Made by a program: the position numbers and the translations under genes. The notes under the pieces are model-generated. The model saw only the letters and a program-made list of their open reading frames with translations, had not been told where the DNA came from and ran no database searches. A DNA stretch of 63,216 nt, the filler included, from Pelomyxa schiedti (taxonomy: Eukaryota; Protista; Evosea), in NCBI GenBank assembly GCA_020536535.1. It is 15 parts of 15 records of this genome, joined end to end, with 100 filler letters (N's around TTAATTAATTAA, not from the genome) between each part and the next. Parts side by side here need not be neighbours in the genome. Positions count along the whole stretch, not along the records: positions 29,878 to 45,278 come from JAHLWZ010000328.1; positions 45,379 to 47,640 come from JAHLWZ010002049.1; 13 more parts are not named here. One strand, 5' to 3'. Positions 36,151 through 47,740 of this stretch are shown in pieces; the stretch's first letter is position 1, and each line of letters opens with the position of its first letter.

Positions 36151-36900
36151 CACCGGGGGGCGAGTCAAGTGAGAAAAACAGAATTTTTTAGTGAGCAAGG
36201 CAGGGTGAAGCGGCCCGATTTTGCCGGGATTTGTTGATGTTTTGTGCCGCGGGGCGGTTGGCGCGGCGCCGCGGCGGGGCAGCGCGGCGTGTGTGTTCGT
36301 TGAATCGGGTCTCGCCGCGGCTGCGCGGCCTTGACATAAATGGCATGTTTGGGGTTGCGGAGACTGTGCGGTGACTTGCCTCTTTGTTTATCTCCACACC
36401 ATCAAAAAAATCGCTGCTACGAGGGGAGACCATGCCGCCCTGGGGTGAAGAGGAACAAGCGGTACCCGCCTTGTGTCTTCCATCACGTCGTGCCATCTAA
36501 TATTAATTGTTTTATTTCTGAATCAATTAAATTAATTTATATATATATTAAATATTTATATTTTATTTATTAATTAAGCATTTATTATTAATTTAATTAA
36601 AAGTAATTTTTTACGCATTTACGCCTTGTAATAAGGTAATAAGGCCTACAGCATTGCCGCACCCCTTTAATGTATTTCCGAGCCTTCACTGGTATGTGGC
36701 TTCTTGTTTCTTTGTTTTCTTTTTCCCATAGCACTGGGACACTGGTATGCTTTTTTTTTTTTTTTTTTTTTTTACACTTAGGTGGTCAACTTGCCTGCCG
36801 CTGCTGACATGACAACCACCAACGTACATCCTTCTCCTTTTTTGTCATTGCTGAACAGTTGTAGGTACCGGACTGACCAACCCCAACTTCCCTAACCCAC
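36151..36900 (+). mobile_element. Putative DNA transposon: shared terminus plus internal region
   Basis: TA|CACCGGGG terminus matches 11519 and 27043. The right boundary is uncertain. Confidence 0.5.
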
Positions 36901-37106
36901 TCTCCCGCTTTTCCGCTTTCCAACTACCACACTTTACTGTGACGGGTGCACAACCAGGCCCAAATTTCCCTTCTTACTCTTTCACTCTCATGTGTACCCA
37001 CAACGCCCACTTCTCTCCAAAATGTGGATTTACAACGTGGCATGTGAGTATACTGACAGGGAGTGACAGATGTGTTCGTACTGAAGCAAGATAAAGAGGA
37101 AACAAA

Positions 37107-37240
37107 GTATTTTAGTTGATCTGGTGAAGGTGTGGTTACAGTGTGCATCGCTCAAAAGCCCAGGTTCTTCCCATGAATTCCAGGTATCCAGTGGACCCAC
37201 AGCACAGCATCACGTGTCATTGAATTCCCAGAAGTTGTCG
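37107..37240 (-). repeat. Short dispersed repeat with A-rich 3' end, 5'-truncated copy
   Basis: Matches 42989-43135. Confidence 0.75.
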
Positions 37241-38430
37241 GAAGAGAGCGCAAACAAGAGGGAGGGGTGTTAGTGCCGAGGTGAAGTGGGTGGAGGCGGA
37301 AGTAAAGCCTGAACATTGTTCAACCACGTGCAGACATGATGTGAGCGGGGCACTGGTCACTGTGGAGCACATCTTCCACCACCTGGCTGCCTCCCTCTCG
37401 TCCTTGTATGATCCTTCAATCCTGTTGTTGTTGTTGTGCTGACCAGCTTTCTTCCCATACACCTGTGCAATCTTCAGGATCACATTGAATTTGTCCTCAA
37501 CTTGGGTTGGTTGTCCTGGCTGGCAAACAGTGCGAGGTGGAACAGCCTCAGTGCTCCTTTGTGTCCCTCCTCACTCCGGCTCCTTCCCAGTGCATCAACC
37601 CCAATGTTCCAAAGCTTCCTGGAGATTGTAAACACTGCGCACTTTGCAGTACACGTCTGCGAGGTGCATGCTGGCATCGAAGCAGCCCTGTGCTTCGGCC
37701 AACTTGAGAAGCCTCACAGCCTCGATGGGCTTGTCATGTGCAACAATGGCAGCAAGGTTCATTTGTGCTTCAGCATCTCCTTTCGCGGCAGCAAACCTCA
37801 TCAGTCTCAGGCCCTCAGCTTTGTTCATTGGAGCTTCTGCTTGTCCCCTTCACCGAGATACATCATTCCAAGCTCCCTCTGAGCGGGGCAGTAACCAAGT
37901 GAGGCCGCTTTCTTGACGTTGTTGAACCCACCAACGGCTGTCAGTGCTCGTGGATCGCCACCTTGTGCTGCCATTCCCACGTGGAACTGGCTTCTGTCTC
38001 TATCAGTGAACTCGAACAAGACATTCTTGCAGAAGGAGTACATTGGGTAGCCTGTGTCCAGCACAAAGCCCAAGAAGAAGTGGCAGAATGACCTCACTTT
38101 CTCAGGATATCTTTTGTCCCCACATGATGAACCAAGGAATGGACCATCCATTCCTGCGACGTGGAATTGCACGTCGCGGCGCAGTGGAGCAACTCGTCCC
38201 ACAAGTACATCTCGGGCCGCCGACTGCGAGCAAAAAGCTTCGGCGCCGATCGGAACAGAAACCCCAGCATCACGTGGGCAAATGCGCGCGCGTCGGGCGT
38301 GCTTGGCGTCGGCTGCCAAACTCCGCAGCAGATCGCAGCACCTCTGAAATTCACTTTCCACGTACAAGCGCAGGCACTCACTCGCGATCTCGCTCGTCGT
38401 GTCGTTTTTTCCACGCGACGCGGCATCGTG
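37241..38430 (-). pseudogene. SEL1-like repeat protein, frameshifted paralogue
   Basis: Aligns with 38558-39874 (GDPRALTAVGGF, KAASLG, AAKGDAEAQ, EAARWWK) but is split over several frames. Confidence 0.75.
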
Positions 38431-38557
38431 TTTACTCGGCCGAAAGAAAAGTTTAGCAGTAAAAAAAAAGTGATCACTATGACGAAAAAGGAAAAAAAAT
38501 TCACTTGGTAAAGTAAGACTCTGCTGCTCACCACCTCTTATTGTTCCACAGGCTTAT

Positions 38558-39874
38558 TCAATGGCTGAGTAGCACAGTTTTGGAAGGCTTGAGGTGGTGG
38601 ATGACCAGTTTACTGACTTGCTCAGTGTCTCGGAAAAAGCAAAAATTCAGCACAATCCGAGAGGGGCACTTGTCAGAGTTGAGCATCAGCTTCCACCACC
38701 TTGCAGCCTCCCTCGCGTCCTTGTACCCATCAGGGGCCCCCCTCCCTTCCTCGTACAGCTTTGCAATGTCGGCCACCAGGGTGAACTTGTACTCGATTGG
38801 ACTGTTCTGGAGGGCCGCCCATGCCAGGTGGTACAGCCTCATTCCCTCCTTTGTGTCCCTCTTCAAGCCAGAAACTCCAAACCAGGTCAGCCTTGCCAGT
38901 GTGCAAAAGGCTGTGGCCCACTCTGCAGGGTCACTGCTCTCGCGGCCTTCCTTCCACTTGTTGAACACTGGCTCTGCCATTTTCAGGAGGCGAATTCCCT
39001 CAGGGAGGTTGTGGACACATTCAGGGCCCGAGATGTACAGTCCTGCCAGTCCAATCTCTGCATCAACGTATCCTTGTGCTGCTGCCAGCTTGAAAAGCTT
39101 CACAGCCTCGACAGGGTTTTGGTTTTGGATGTATATCTTTGCAAGAAATGTTTGTGCCATTGCATCACCTTTCTCAACCGCAATCCTAAGCAGCTTCATT
39201 CCCTCCGTTGCATTCAATGGCACCTTGGGGCCTCCTGGGTACTCTGCCCCGTGGAGGTACATCATTCCAAGGTTCCTCTGAGCAGTGCAGAAACCAAGTG
39301 AGGCCGCCTTCTTGACGTTCTGGAACCCACCAACGGCTGTGAGTGCCCTTGGGTCGCCACTCTGTGCAGATACTTCTGCGTGAAAAGAGCTCTGTTCCTC
39401 GCTTGTGAATGGGAAGTCACCATAATCTTTGCCCAGAACCATGGCCAAGAAGTAGTGACAAAATGCCTTCACCTTTTTCCCACCACAACTGTTGTTGTCC
39501 CCATCACAAACAGAATGCACCAAATTTACCATCCATTTTTGGGCCCTTGAGTCACACCCCGCAGCACGCCGATGGAACTCGTCCCACAAGTACGTCTCGA
39601 ACGGCTGACTGTGCGCGAAAAGCTTCGGGTCGGCCTGGAACAAGAACGCCAGCATTACGTTGCCGAAAGCCCGCGAGTCGTCGTCCTCGTCCGCCAACGA
39701 GCACGCGAGGCGGTGGAACCGACGCAGATCGCTTTCAGCGAACAGCCGCAGGCACTCCTTCGCTGCCGCGCTCGTCGCCGCGTCGTCGTCGGGGTTGCTC
39801 TGAGCCGACACCGCCTTCACGTCGTTGTGCTTCTTTGTTTTACGCGTGCAGTCACGTCCTGCCTTTTTGCCCAT
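38558..39874 (-). CDS. SEL1-like repeat protein (438 aa)
   Basis: SEL1 consensus matches: AQRNLGMMYLHG, AVEKGDAMAQTFLAKIY, AAAQGYVDAEIGLAGLY, LYEEGRG..D.REAARWW. Confidence 0.85.
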   Translation of the reverse strand: MGKKAGRDCTRKTKKHNDVKAVSAQSNPDDDAATSAAAKECLRLFAESDLRRFHRLACSLADEDDDSRAFGNVMLAFLFQADPKLFAHSQPFETYLWDEFHRRAAGCDSRAQKWMVNLVHSVCDGDNNSCGGKKVKAFCHYFLAMVLGKDYGDFPFTSEEQSSFHAEVSAQSGDPRALTAVGGFQNVKKAASLGFCTAQRNLGMMYLHGAEYPGGPKVPLNATEGMKLLRIAVEKGDAMAQTFLAKIYIQNQNPVEAVKLFKLAAAQGYVDAEIGLAGLYISGPECVHNLPEGIRLLKMAEPVFNKWKEGRESSDPAEWATAFCTLARLTWFGVSGLKRDTKEGMRLYHLAWAALQNSPIEYKFTLVADIAKLYEEGRGAPDGYKDAREAARWWKLMLNSDKCPSRIVLNFCFFRDTEQVSKLVIHHLKPSKTVLLSH

Positions 39875-40017
39875 TTGCTCCCTTCCACCTTTGTCGAGAA
39901 AAAGAATGACGACCCGGTACTACAACCATTGAGTCCCGTGGGGAATGCTGATGTAAGCATTCCTGGAAGCAAAGTTTGATTCAGAACAAAAACAACGAAA
40001 GCTGCGATAGACGAACC

Positions 40018-42893
40018 ATGTTGTCTCCGCCCAAACCCGCAGCCAAACAAATTATTGTGTTGGGTGCTGAATGCAATGCAGGGCAGGTAACATATTTCCA
40101 AGTGTTTCTACAAAGAATATTTGCCGGCGTTGCGCCAATTTATGAGTTCGTTGATGTGATGTTGCAGAATAAACTAGTGAAAGCACTTGTGGGACTGCAC
40201 CAGGGACCAGATGAACCAGTTCAGATCCCATGTGCGAGAGTTGGGAAGGATGCCCGCATTTGGAGTATGCAGTGGATGTCAAATGGTTTTTTTTTTAAGT
40301 TTAGTTTTTTTTTTTGCTAATGGGCATTTCAAGACGAACTTCTGGCTGTCAACTTGAATGGTTGAGTGTCTATTTGTTTGGTTTCTGATAACCCTCAAAC
40401 AAAATGCACAACAGATGTTTCCGAAATGTGGGTCTGGGATTGGACAAGGTACTTTGTTTTCTCCGATGCAGTTGTCCTGTGCTTCCCACTTCACACAACC
40501 TACGGAGATTATTCCCTCAACCCTATTTCATTCCAGGTACCACTATTCCCTCCCCACAATCTTGTTTTTTCTTTAAACAGTTGTACATATGATCTGTTGT
40601 GCACCTTTGTTTATGTTTTCTGCAGTATTTTCCAGAAGTTTGGAACAAGAAACGGTTCACACCTATTTTTCTTGTTGGGATAAACGATCACCCAGAAAAG
40701 CCAGCATCTATTTCACGTAAACGGTGCATCAAGGTATTATTATCAAGCCACAGCAGCTTGTTTGCTTTCCTTATTGTCATTACATCTCACAACAACCCGC
40801 AGGAAGCAAAGAGAATTGGAGCTGTTTACTATCTTGAATTCAATACAACAACCCTTGGAGGAGTTAATGTACTCTTCAATGTACTGTTGCAAGCTCTCAC
40901 CAGAAAAATTGAAATCCATGGAGACAGATGGGAGCCTTTGGTTGGGATATCAGGCTACCCCGCTGGCTTTGACCTGTAACTATCTCAGTGATATCCTAAA
41001 AAAGGGTTCCCTGGATGATTCAAAAAAAAGGTGTGGCCATGTTTGCACTGTTTATTCAGATCGCCTCTACCTGTTCGGCGGTCGCAACAGAGGGGGACTT
41101 CGCTTCGAGGGGTATTATTTAGACCTCTCAGCATCTCAGGATTCCAACTGGGAACTAATCCTTGGCAAAGACGCACAGTTTCCTGAGTTCCCGGCATACT
41201 GCACTTCACAGAACGGCCAACTCGTTTATTTCTTTGGTGGAACAGATGTGTTACCCACTGAAGATTCACCGAGGATCTTTGATGCTGCCAAATCCCGAAT
41301 GGAAGCCATACAAGTGGCAAATCCATCAGAATCCCCACCACGAAGTTACGGTGGAACTCTCGTGATGTATGTGTGACTCCCCTCAAACTTGAAATACCGT
41401 AATCGGGAATTCCCAGTCATGACAACAAACTGTACTTGTTTGGAGGCTCTGTTTCAGGATGGGCCACTGATGGTTTTTATGGTACCTCCCCAATTCCCAT
41501 TCTGTACTTCCACTGACCTCACATCACCACAACAGAGTTCAATCTGGCAACGAAGATTTGGAAGGAATTGCCCCCACAAGGACGTTTTCCACAAGTGCGA
41601 TACCATCACAGTTCATATTGCAAGTATCTTACTCTCATCACTTTCAAGAATTGACTGATTCAATTTATTCCCCAGAAACGGAGTGATGGTGATTCTCTGT
41701 GGACTTGGAAACAATCGTGACAAATACAACGATGTTTGGAGTGTAGACCTTTCCAAGGCATCGGCCGAAGGAAAAGCAACGTGGAATCTGATTCCGTGCC
41801 GTGGAACACCACCAACACCCCAAAGAGGCCACGCTGGGTGTTTGTTGAACAATGACTCCTTCATGTTCGTTGGCTCTTCAAACGCGAACCCACAATGTGA
41901 GTTTTTTCAGTATGTTTTCCCTGCCAACATATTTTGGTTGGCTACAACAACACACAGTTTTGATACAAACACATTCACTTGGAAGGAGATGGAAATGCAA
42001 ATGTCTCCATTTTCGAGAGAGGTCAGCCCTTTGTTTTCTTCTGCGTTTTTGACATTCTCACAGTTCTNNNNNNNNNNNNNNNNNNNNNNNNNNNNNNNNN
42101 NNNNNNNNNNNNNNNNNNNNNNNNNNNNNNNNNNNNNNNNNNNNNNNNNNNNNNNNNNNNNNNNNNNACAACACACAGTTTTGATACAAACACATTCACT
42201 TGGAAGGAGATGGAAATGCAAATGTCTCCATTTTCGAGAGAGGTCAGCCCTTTGTTTTCTTCTGCGTTTTTGACATTCTCACAGTTCTTTGGGATCACTG
42301 CGTGGAGAAATCACATCATCATCACCAGTGGTATCATTCGTCGGGAAAGACCCGCGCTTTTGAGTGATGGGTACATTTCAGTCACGCCCTCACTCTTTCC
42401 AGAGACTCCGGCACAAGAGCAAGTTCCCAACACCATTACCTCTGATGGCACTTTTTCCGCATTTCAGGTTGCTCCACCAGACTGCTGGATGCAAGTGATT
42501 GCATTCTTGGATGTGGATGACATTTGCCGGCTGGGGCGAGTAATTTCCCCCTTCTTGGATTCCATTTAACGCCACCCGTTCAGGTATCAACGGAATTATA
42601 CCGCATCTGCTCCAGTGACGAAGTGTGGAAGAAATTTCTTCCTGTTGGTTTGCACAGGGGAACCGGCCTGAAGCCATTTTGTATGCACCCACCCCATAAA
42701 CACCACCCCATTTCATTTTGAGCTGATACCTCCTTACACAGGCGTTCCCGTGTGGAAGAATCCATTACCGCTGGTTCCCACAATCGTTCCGCAATACAGT
42801 GTATGCCGGTACCATCCCGAATTGATCATGTCCACTTACCATCACCACCTTCGACAGTGTCCAAGAATCCCGCGGTTCCCCGATTTCGAATGA
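40018..42893 (+). CDS. Degenerate Rho-like GTPase - Kelch repeats - F-box protein, multi-exon
   Basis: Rho-like: DAVVLCF, TPIFLVG, EAKRIGAVYYLE. Kelch: GHVCTV..LYLFGG, VYFFGG, KLYLFGG, RYHHS, YNDVW, RGHA. F-box-like: PPDCWMQVIAFLDVDDICRLGRVS..Y..C..DEVW. Confidence 0.75.
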
Positions 42894-42988
42894 TGACAAA
42901 TAGCAATACATGTCAGACATGCCCTTGGAGCAAAGTCAATTTGTTTTCAATTTGTAGTTAAGTGCTTCAAATCCCTTCACGAAAGAAA

Positions 42989-43179
42989 TATTTATTTATT
43001 TTAGTTGATCTGGTGAAGGTGTGGTTACAGTGTGCATCGCTTAAAAGCCCAGGTTCTTCCCATGAATTCCAAGTATCCAGTGGACGCACAGCACAGCACA
43101 ACATCACGTGTAACTGAATTCCCAGAAGTTGTCCGACTTCTGTGGGTCGCTCAGGGCCGACACTGTGATTCACTTTCAC
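42989..43179 (-). repeat. Short dispersed repeat ending in (TAAA)n
   Basis: The minus strand ends CCAGATCAACTAAAATAAATAAATA. Homologous to 13467 and 37107. Confidence 0.75.
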
Positions 43180-43388
43180 GACCCCGATCTCGTTGTCAAT
43201 TTGTAGTGACAACAGCCAGTGCTGTTCCAGCTTCTTTTTTTTAGACATCTAACAAAAGATTGGGTTTCAGGTCGAGGCTGTTACCATCCACTTGGTACTA
43301 TGTTAGTTTTCCTGAGGGATTGTTTTGATTGCAGTGTCTCCCAGATCAGCCGTTGGTGATTTCCAGTAAAAAACCTGTCGTTTGGGAG

Positions 43389-45278
43389 ATGTGGGGACCC
43401 GAGCATGCCGGCAAACGAATTATCGTGTTGGGTGACCAATGCCACGGAAGGGTACTTGTTTTCTATCCTTCTTTTTGGTTTTTTACTCTTGCTATTGTTT
43501 GTATGGCAATAATAATTCAAGAACTTCGTAAATAATATTACTGACCTCGAGGTTCGGGCTATAATTGATGCTTTGTGATGTTGCAGAATCAACTGGTGAG
43601 GGAACTTGTTGGACTGAACCAGGGACCAGATGAACCAGTTCAGAGCCTATGTGAGTATGGCACTTCCGCGTCAGCGAGTGGCAAGTGCAGCTGGAGCCTG
43701 CACTGGATGTCAAAGGGTAGGGTAGTTGTTTTTTGCCTTGCTTTTATTTTTTTTTTAATCTGCATATAGGTGAACTTGTGGCAGTCACATTGAATGGTTT
43801 GTGAGTGTTCGATTTCTGAGAAGGCACCACACTAACTCCCACCACACACACATACCCAAAGATGTATCCAACATGTGGGGTGATTGGTCGAGACCCAGGT
43901 CGTACACTGCGCATTCTGATGCAGCTGTTCTGTGCTTCTCACTTCATTCACCTTCTTCGATCGACTCTATTTCATCCCGGGTTCGATCCCCAATCTGTCC
44001 ATACCCTTCTTTTTCACATTTCTGCATTTTGTGCAGTGGTTCCCAGAAGTCTGGAACAACAAACGGTTCACACCTGTTTTTCTTGTTGGCATCAACGAAC
44101 ACCCAGAAAAGCCAACATTGATTCCGCGTCAACAGTGCATCCAGGTACAACACAACTTTTTTGATATACCACACAACAAATGACACGCACATAGGAAGCA
44201 AAGCGAATTGGCGCTGTTTACTATCTCGAATACAATGCAGCAAGTTCTGCTGGAGCCAATGTCTTATGCAACGTGCTCGTGCAAACTCTTGGGAGAAAAA
44301 TTGAGATACAAGGAGACAGATGGGAACCTTTTTCCGGGATCGGTGGCTACACTGGCGGCTTCGGCGTGTGTGTTTTCAACTCTCAATTATACTTTGTTAT
44401 CCTAACTTTTACAGGTATGGTCATGTTTGCACTGTTTGTGCAAATCGTCTCTATCTATTTGGTGGTCGTAGTAGAGACGGAGTTCACCCAAAGGGCTACT
44501 ATTTGGAACTTCCAGTATCACAGGATTCCGGATGGAAATGGAAATCAGTCGAGGGCAAAGCTCAGTTTCCTCCGTTTCCAGCATACTGCACTGCAATGAA
44601 CGGCCAACTCGTTTATTTCTTTGGTGGGTCATCTAATCTCCCTGATGAAAGTGCACTTATGGTCTTTGACACAACCAAGTCCCGTTTGGAAACCATTGTG
44701 CCAGCAAATTCAGCAAAAAAATCCCCACCAGAGAGTTACGGTGGAACCCTTGTGATGTATGCATGATCCCCCATTGGAATACAGCCTCTAATTGAAATTC
44801 TACAGCCACGAAAACAAACTGTATTTATTTGGTGGATCTGTTTCAGGTGTGGCCACTGGCGGTTTTTATGGTACCTCCCCAATTTCCATGATTTTCCCTG
44901 AGAGTACTTCAACTGACATTATGTCGCGGCAACAGAGTTCAATCTGATCAAGAAGGTTTGGAAGGAGCTGACCGCCAAAGGACGTGCTCCCCCGGAGCGA
45001 TTCCATCACAGCTCATATTGCAAGTATCATATAACCATCACTTTCGAGAATTGACTGATTCAATTCCAGAAACGGAGTGATGGTGATTCTCTGTGGACTT
45101 GGAAACAATCGTGACAAATACAACGACGTTTGGACTGTCGACCTCGCCAAGGCATCAGCCGAAGGAAAAGCAACGTGGAATCTGATTCCGTGCCGTGGAA
45201 CACCACCAACACCCCAAAGAGGCCACGCTGGGTGTTTGTTGAACAATGACTCCTTCATGTTCGTTGGCTCTTCAAACG
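43389..45278 (+). CDS. Tandem paralogue of the Rho-like/Kelch gene, 3'-partial
   Basis: Same exon order and motifs (RIIVLGDQ, DAAVLCFS, TPVFLVG, YGHVCTV..LYLFGG); cut by contig end. Confidence 0.75.
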
Positions 45279-45378
45279 NNNNNNNNNNNNNNNNNNNNNN
45301 NNNNNNNNNNNNNNNNNNNNNNTTAATTAATTAANNNNNNNNNNNNNNNNNNNNNNNNNNNNNNNNNNNNNNNNNNNN

Positions 45379-47280
45379 CTGGATTCAAGTGCCAAAACAG
45401 CAACAACTCTCACGGATACACTTACCGTAATCCCGGAAACCCAGCAAGAGCAAATCCAACACTTGCATGGGCATGTAAATGCGCATGCTCACAAACCTCC
45501 AACACCCAATTCACTGGGTCCTTCTGTCAGCGTTGATGTTAGAATGTATAACAGCATTCATATCTCTCCGGATCCAAAGATATACCGAAGCGCCATCAGC
45601 AACACCACTCAACCCACCCTTACACCCCAATCCACAACATCATCGGACAGCAACACTTCCGTTTGGACAGGTTCACTTGTTAAAACCGGAAGTCTATCAC
45701 TGCCCGCTCGGTTACTCAAGCAGAACTTACCACTTCTGCTTCTACTGCAACAACAGATGCATTTAAGGCAACTGCAGCAGCCCCAAACGCAGCAATCACA
45801 CACAGATGAGAACACCACAGCAGTTGAATGCGCACCCTCAGCCATAGCACCCATAAAAGAGGTGACCTATTCTTTTTTCCCAACTGCGTTCTAAATACTA
45901 TAGATCACACCACTGCAAGACCCTGTCACACCCCAGAACTTACTGCTGAATGTGATTGAAAACTTTCCGTGGTGTCGTTTCATTGAAGAGGTAAACAGAG
46001 CTTTTGGAAAATGCACCTACAGCGCTGAAAGAAGCAAGGGAGGTGTGGTAAATAGCTTTGCAATCGAAAAAAGCCACAGTATTCCTCTGTCAAGCATCAA
46101 CTTGGTTCCCCAGATGACACAAAATCAAATTGCTGCCTGCTTGCGGCACTTGGTTGAGTATGTGTATTGTACCTAAGGTTTGCTTCTCACCTTCTACGTG
46201 AAGGAAAGGATATTTGACTGTTGAGGCTGAGGAATTCAGGAGAACTCCGAACTGGGAAATGTTATACACTCAGAACAGCCAGGCCCGGAAGACACTTAAA
46301 CATAGATGTACGCTGATAATTATTTCTTGGTTTTCCATCATTTATGTATGAAGATCGTGAAGATCGCATTGGCTTTATGGAAGCCGAGATCACAAAAGGA
46401 GAGGAAACTGTCGGCCCACTTAAGAAAACCGGGGAGCAAGATCCCGTTAAACAAACCATGGAACAAGTGCTTCCCTTTCCTTCCACTTTCATTGTAACAT
46501 TTTTCAGGCATTCTATAATGTGGTGTATTCTGGAAGTGCTAACGCTGTGAAAGCTGACGCGGGACAAGACCCACAGCAGCAACAACCGCAACCACAAACA
46601 CAACCACAGCCACAGACACAACCGGAACCTCCATTGCATGCACAATCGGAAGTGCATCAACAAACCCCACCCACAACCCACTCTGCGGACTACATTGAAG
46701 AAGTATGTGCGATAAATCAGATACCAAAGAGAAATGCCGGAACCAAACCAGTAGTGCAAGAAGGTGACCCCCACAGAAAGTCGGAAAAGTTCACACCACA
46801 GGTTTGTTTCTACTCAGATTTTCCTGTCACTATTAGTAATAACTAATGGCAATATCCAATATACTATACTTCCCACAGCAGCAAGTGAAGTTTGGTACCG
46901 GTGCCAAACTCAATACCTACACTTTGCCAGAAATTCTCAGCCTTCCAGGTTCCGCTCAGTTCTTCCCTTTTATCAGCTTGCCCCTCCCTCTGCTCCCATC
47001 ATCGCGGCCGGCACCAACATCTACCACCTCTACTTCAACAACACCGGCAGCAATATCCCGGCAATATCCTCCCGTAGTTTCCACCGTAACGGCTTCATCA
47101 CAAAACGCAATTCCAAACAGAGTTGATGCAGGGACATCTACACCCGGCAACATCACAACATCACGCAGGCGTAAAACCACCACACACAGAACTCACTACT
47201 CCAACAACACAAACCCACAGCAACAACCTACACCAACAAAAAGGCACAGAACAAACTGCCAAGTCATGCAAAGACACTAA
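45379..47280 (+). CDS. Hypothetical Gln/Pro/Thr-rich multi-exon protein (partial)
   Basis: Plus-strand ORF segments separated by short GT-AG introns; no domain recognised. Confidence 0.4.
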
Positions 47281-47420
47281 CACCAGAAACTCATTTCAAT
47301 CACAGGAATAGGACTAGGAATAGCCTCACAGCTTGACTGTCAGGCTACATCAGTAACATCAACAATAGCACCCACTGGCTTCTATTAATACATACCATAA
47401 TTCGGAATCCACACACGCAG

Positions 47421-47594
47421 GTGGGCTTGGATGACTCTGGAAAAAGCGCACTGCTTTACAGGCAACTGCGTGGTGAAGTCACCACCACTACTCCTACAGA
47501 TGGATTCAATGTGGAGACGATTCAACTCAGGAACCGCGATTTTGACATTTGGGATTTGGGTGGAGGGCCAGACATCCGGCGTCACTGGCCACAT
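47421..47594 (+). CDS. Arf-family GTPase exon (G1-G3)
   Basis: VGLDDSGKS..PTDGFNVETI..IWDLGGGPDIRRHWPH, bounded by cag and gtatgt. Confidence 0.85.
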
Positions 47595-47740
47595 GTATGT
47601 CCATCCCACTATCTCTACAAGCAGAACCCACAACCAAAACNNNNNNNNNNNNNNNNNNNNNNNNNNNNNNNNNNNNNNNNNNNNTTAATTAATTAANNNN
47701 NNNNNNNNNNNNNNNNNNNNNNNNNNNNNNNNNNNNNNNN

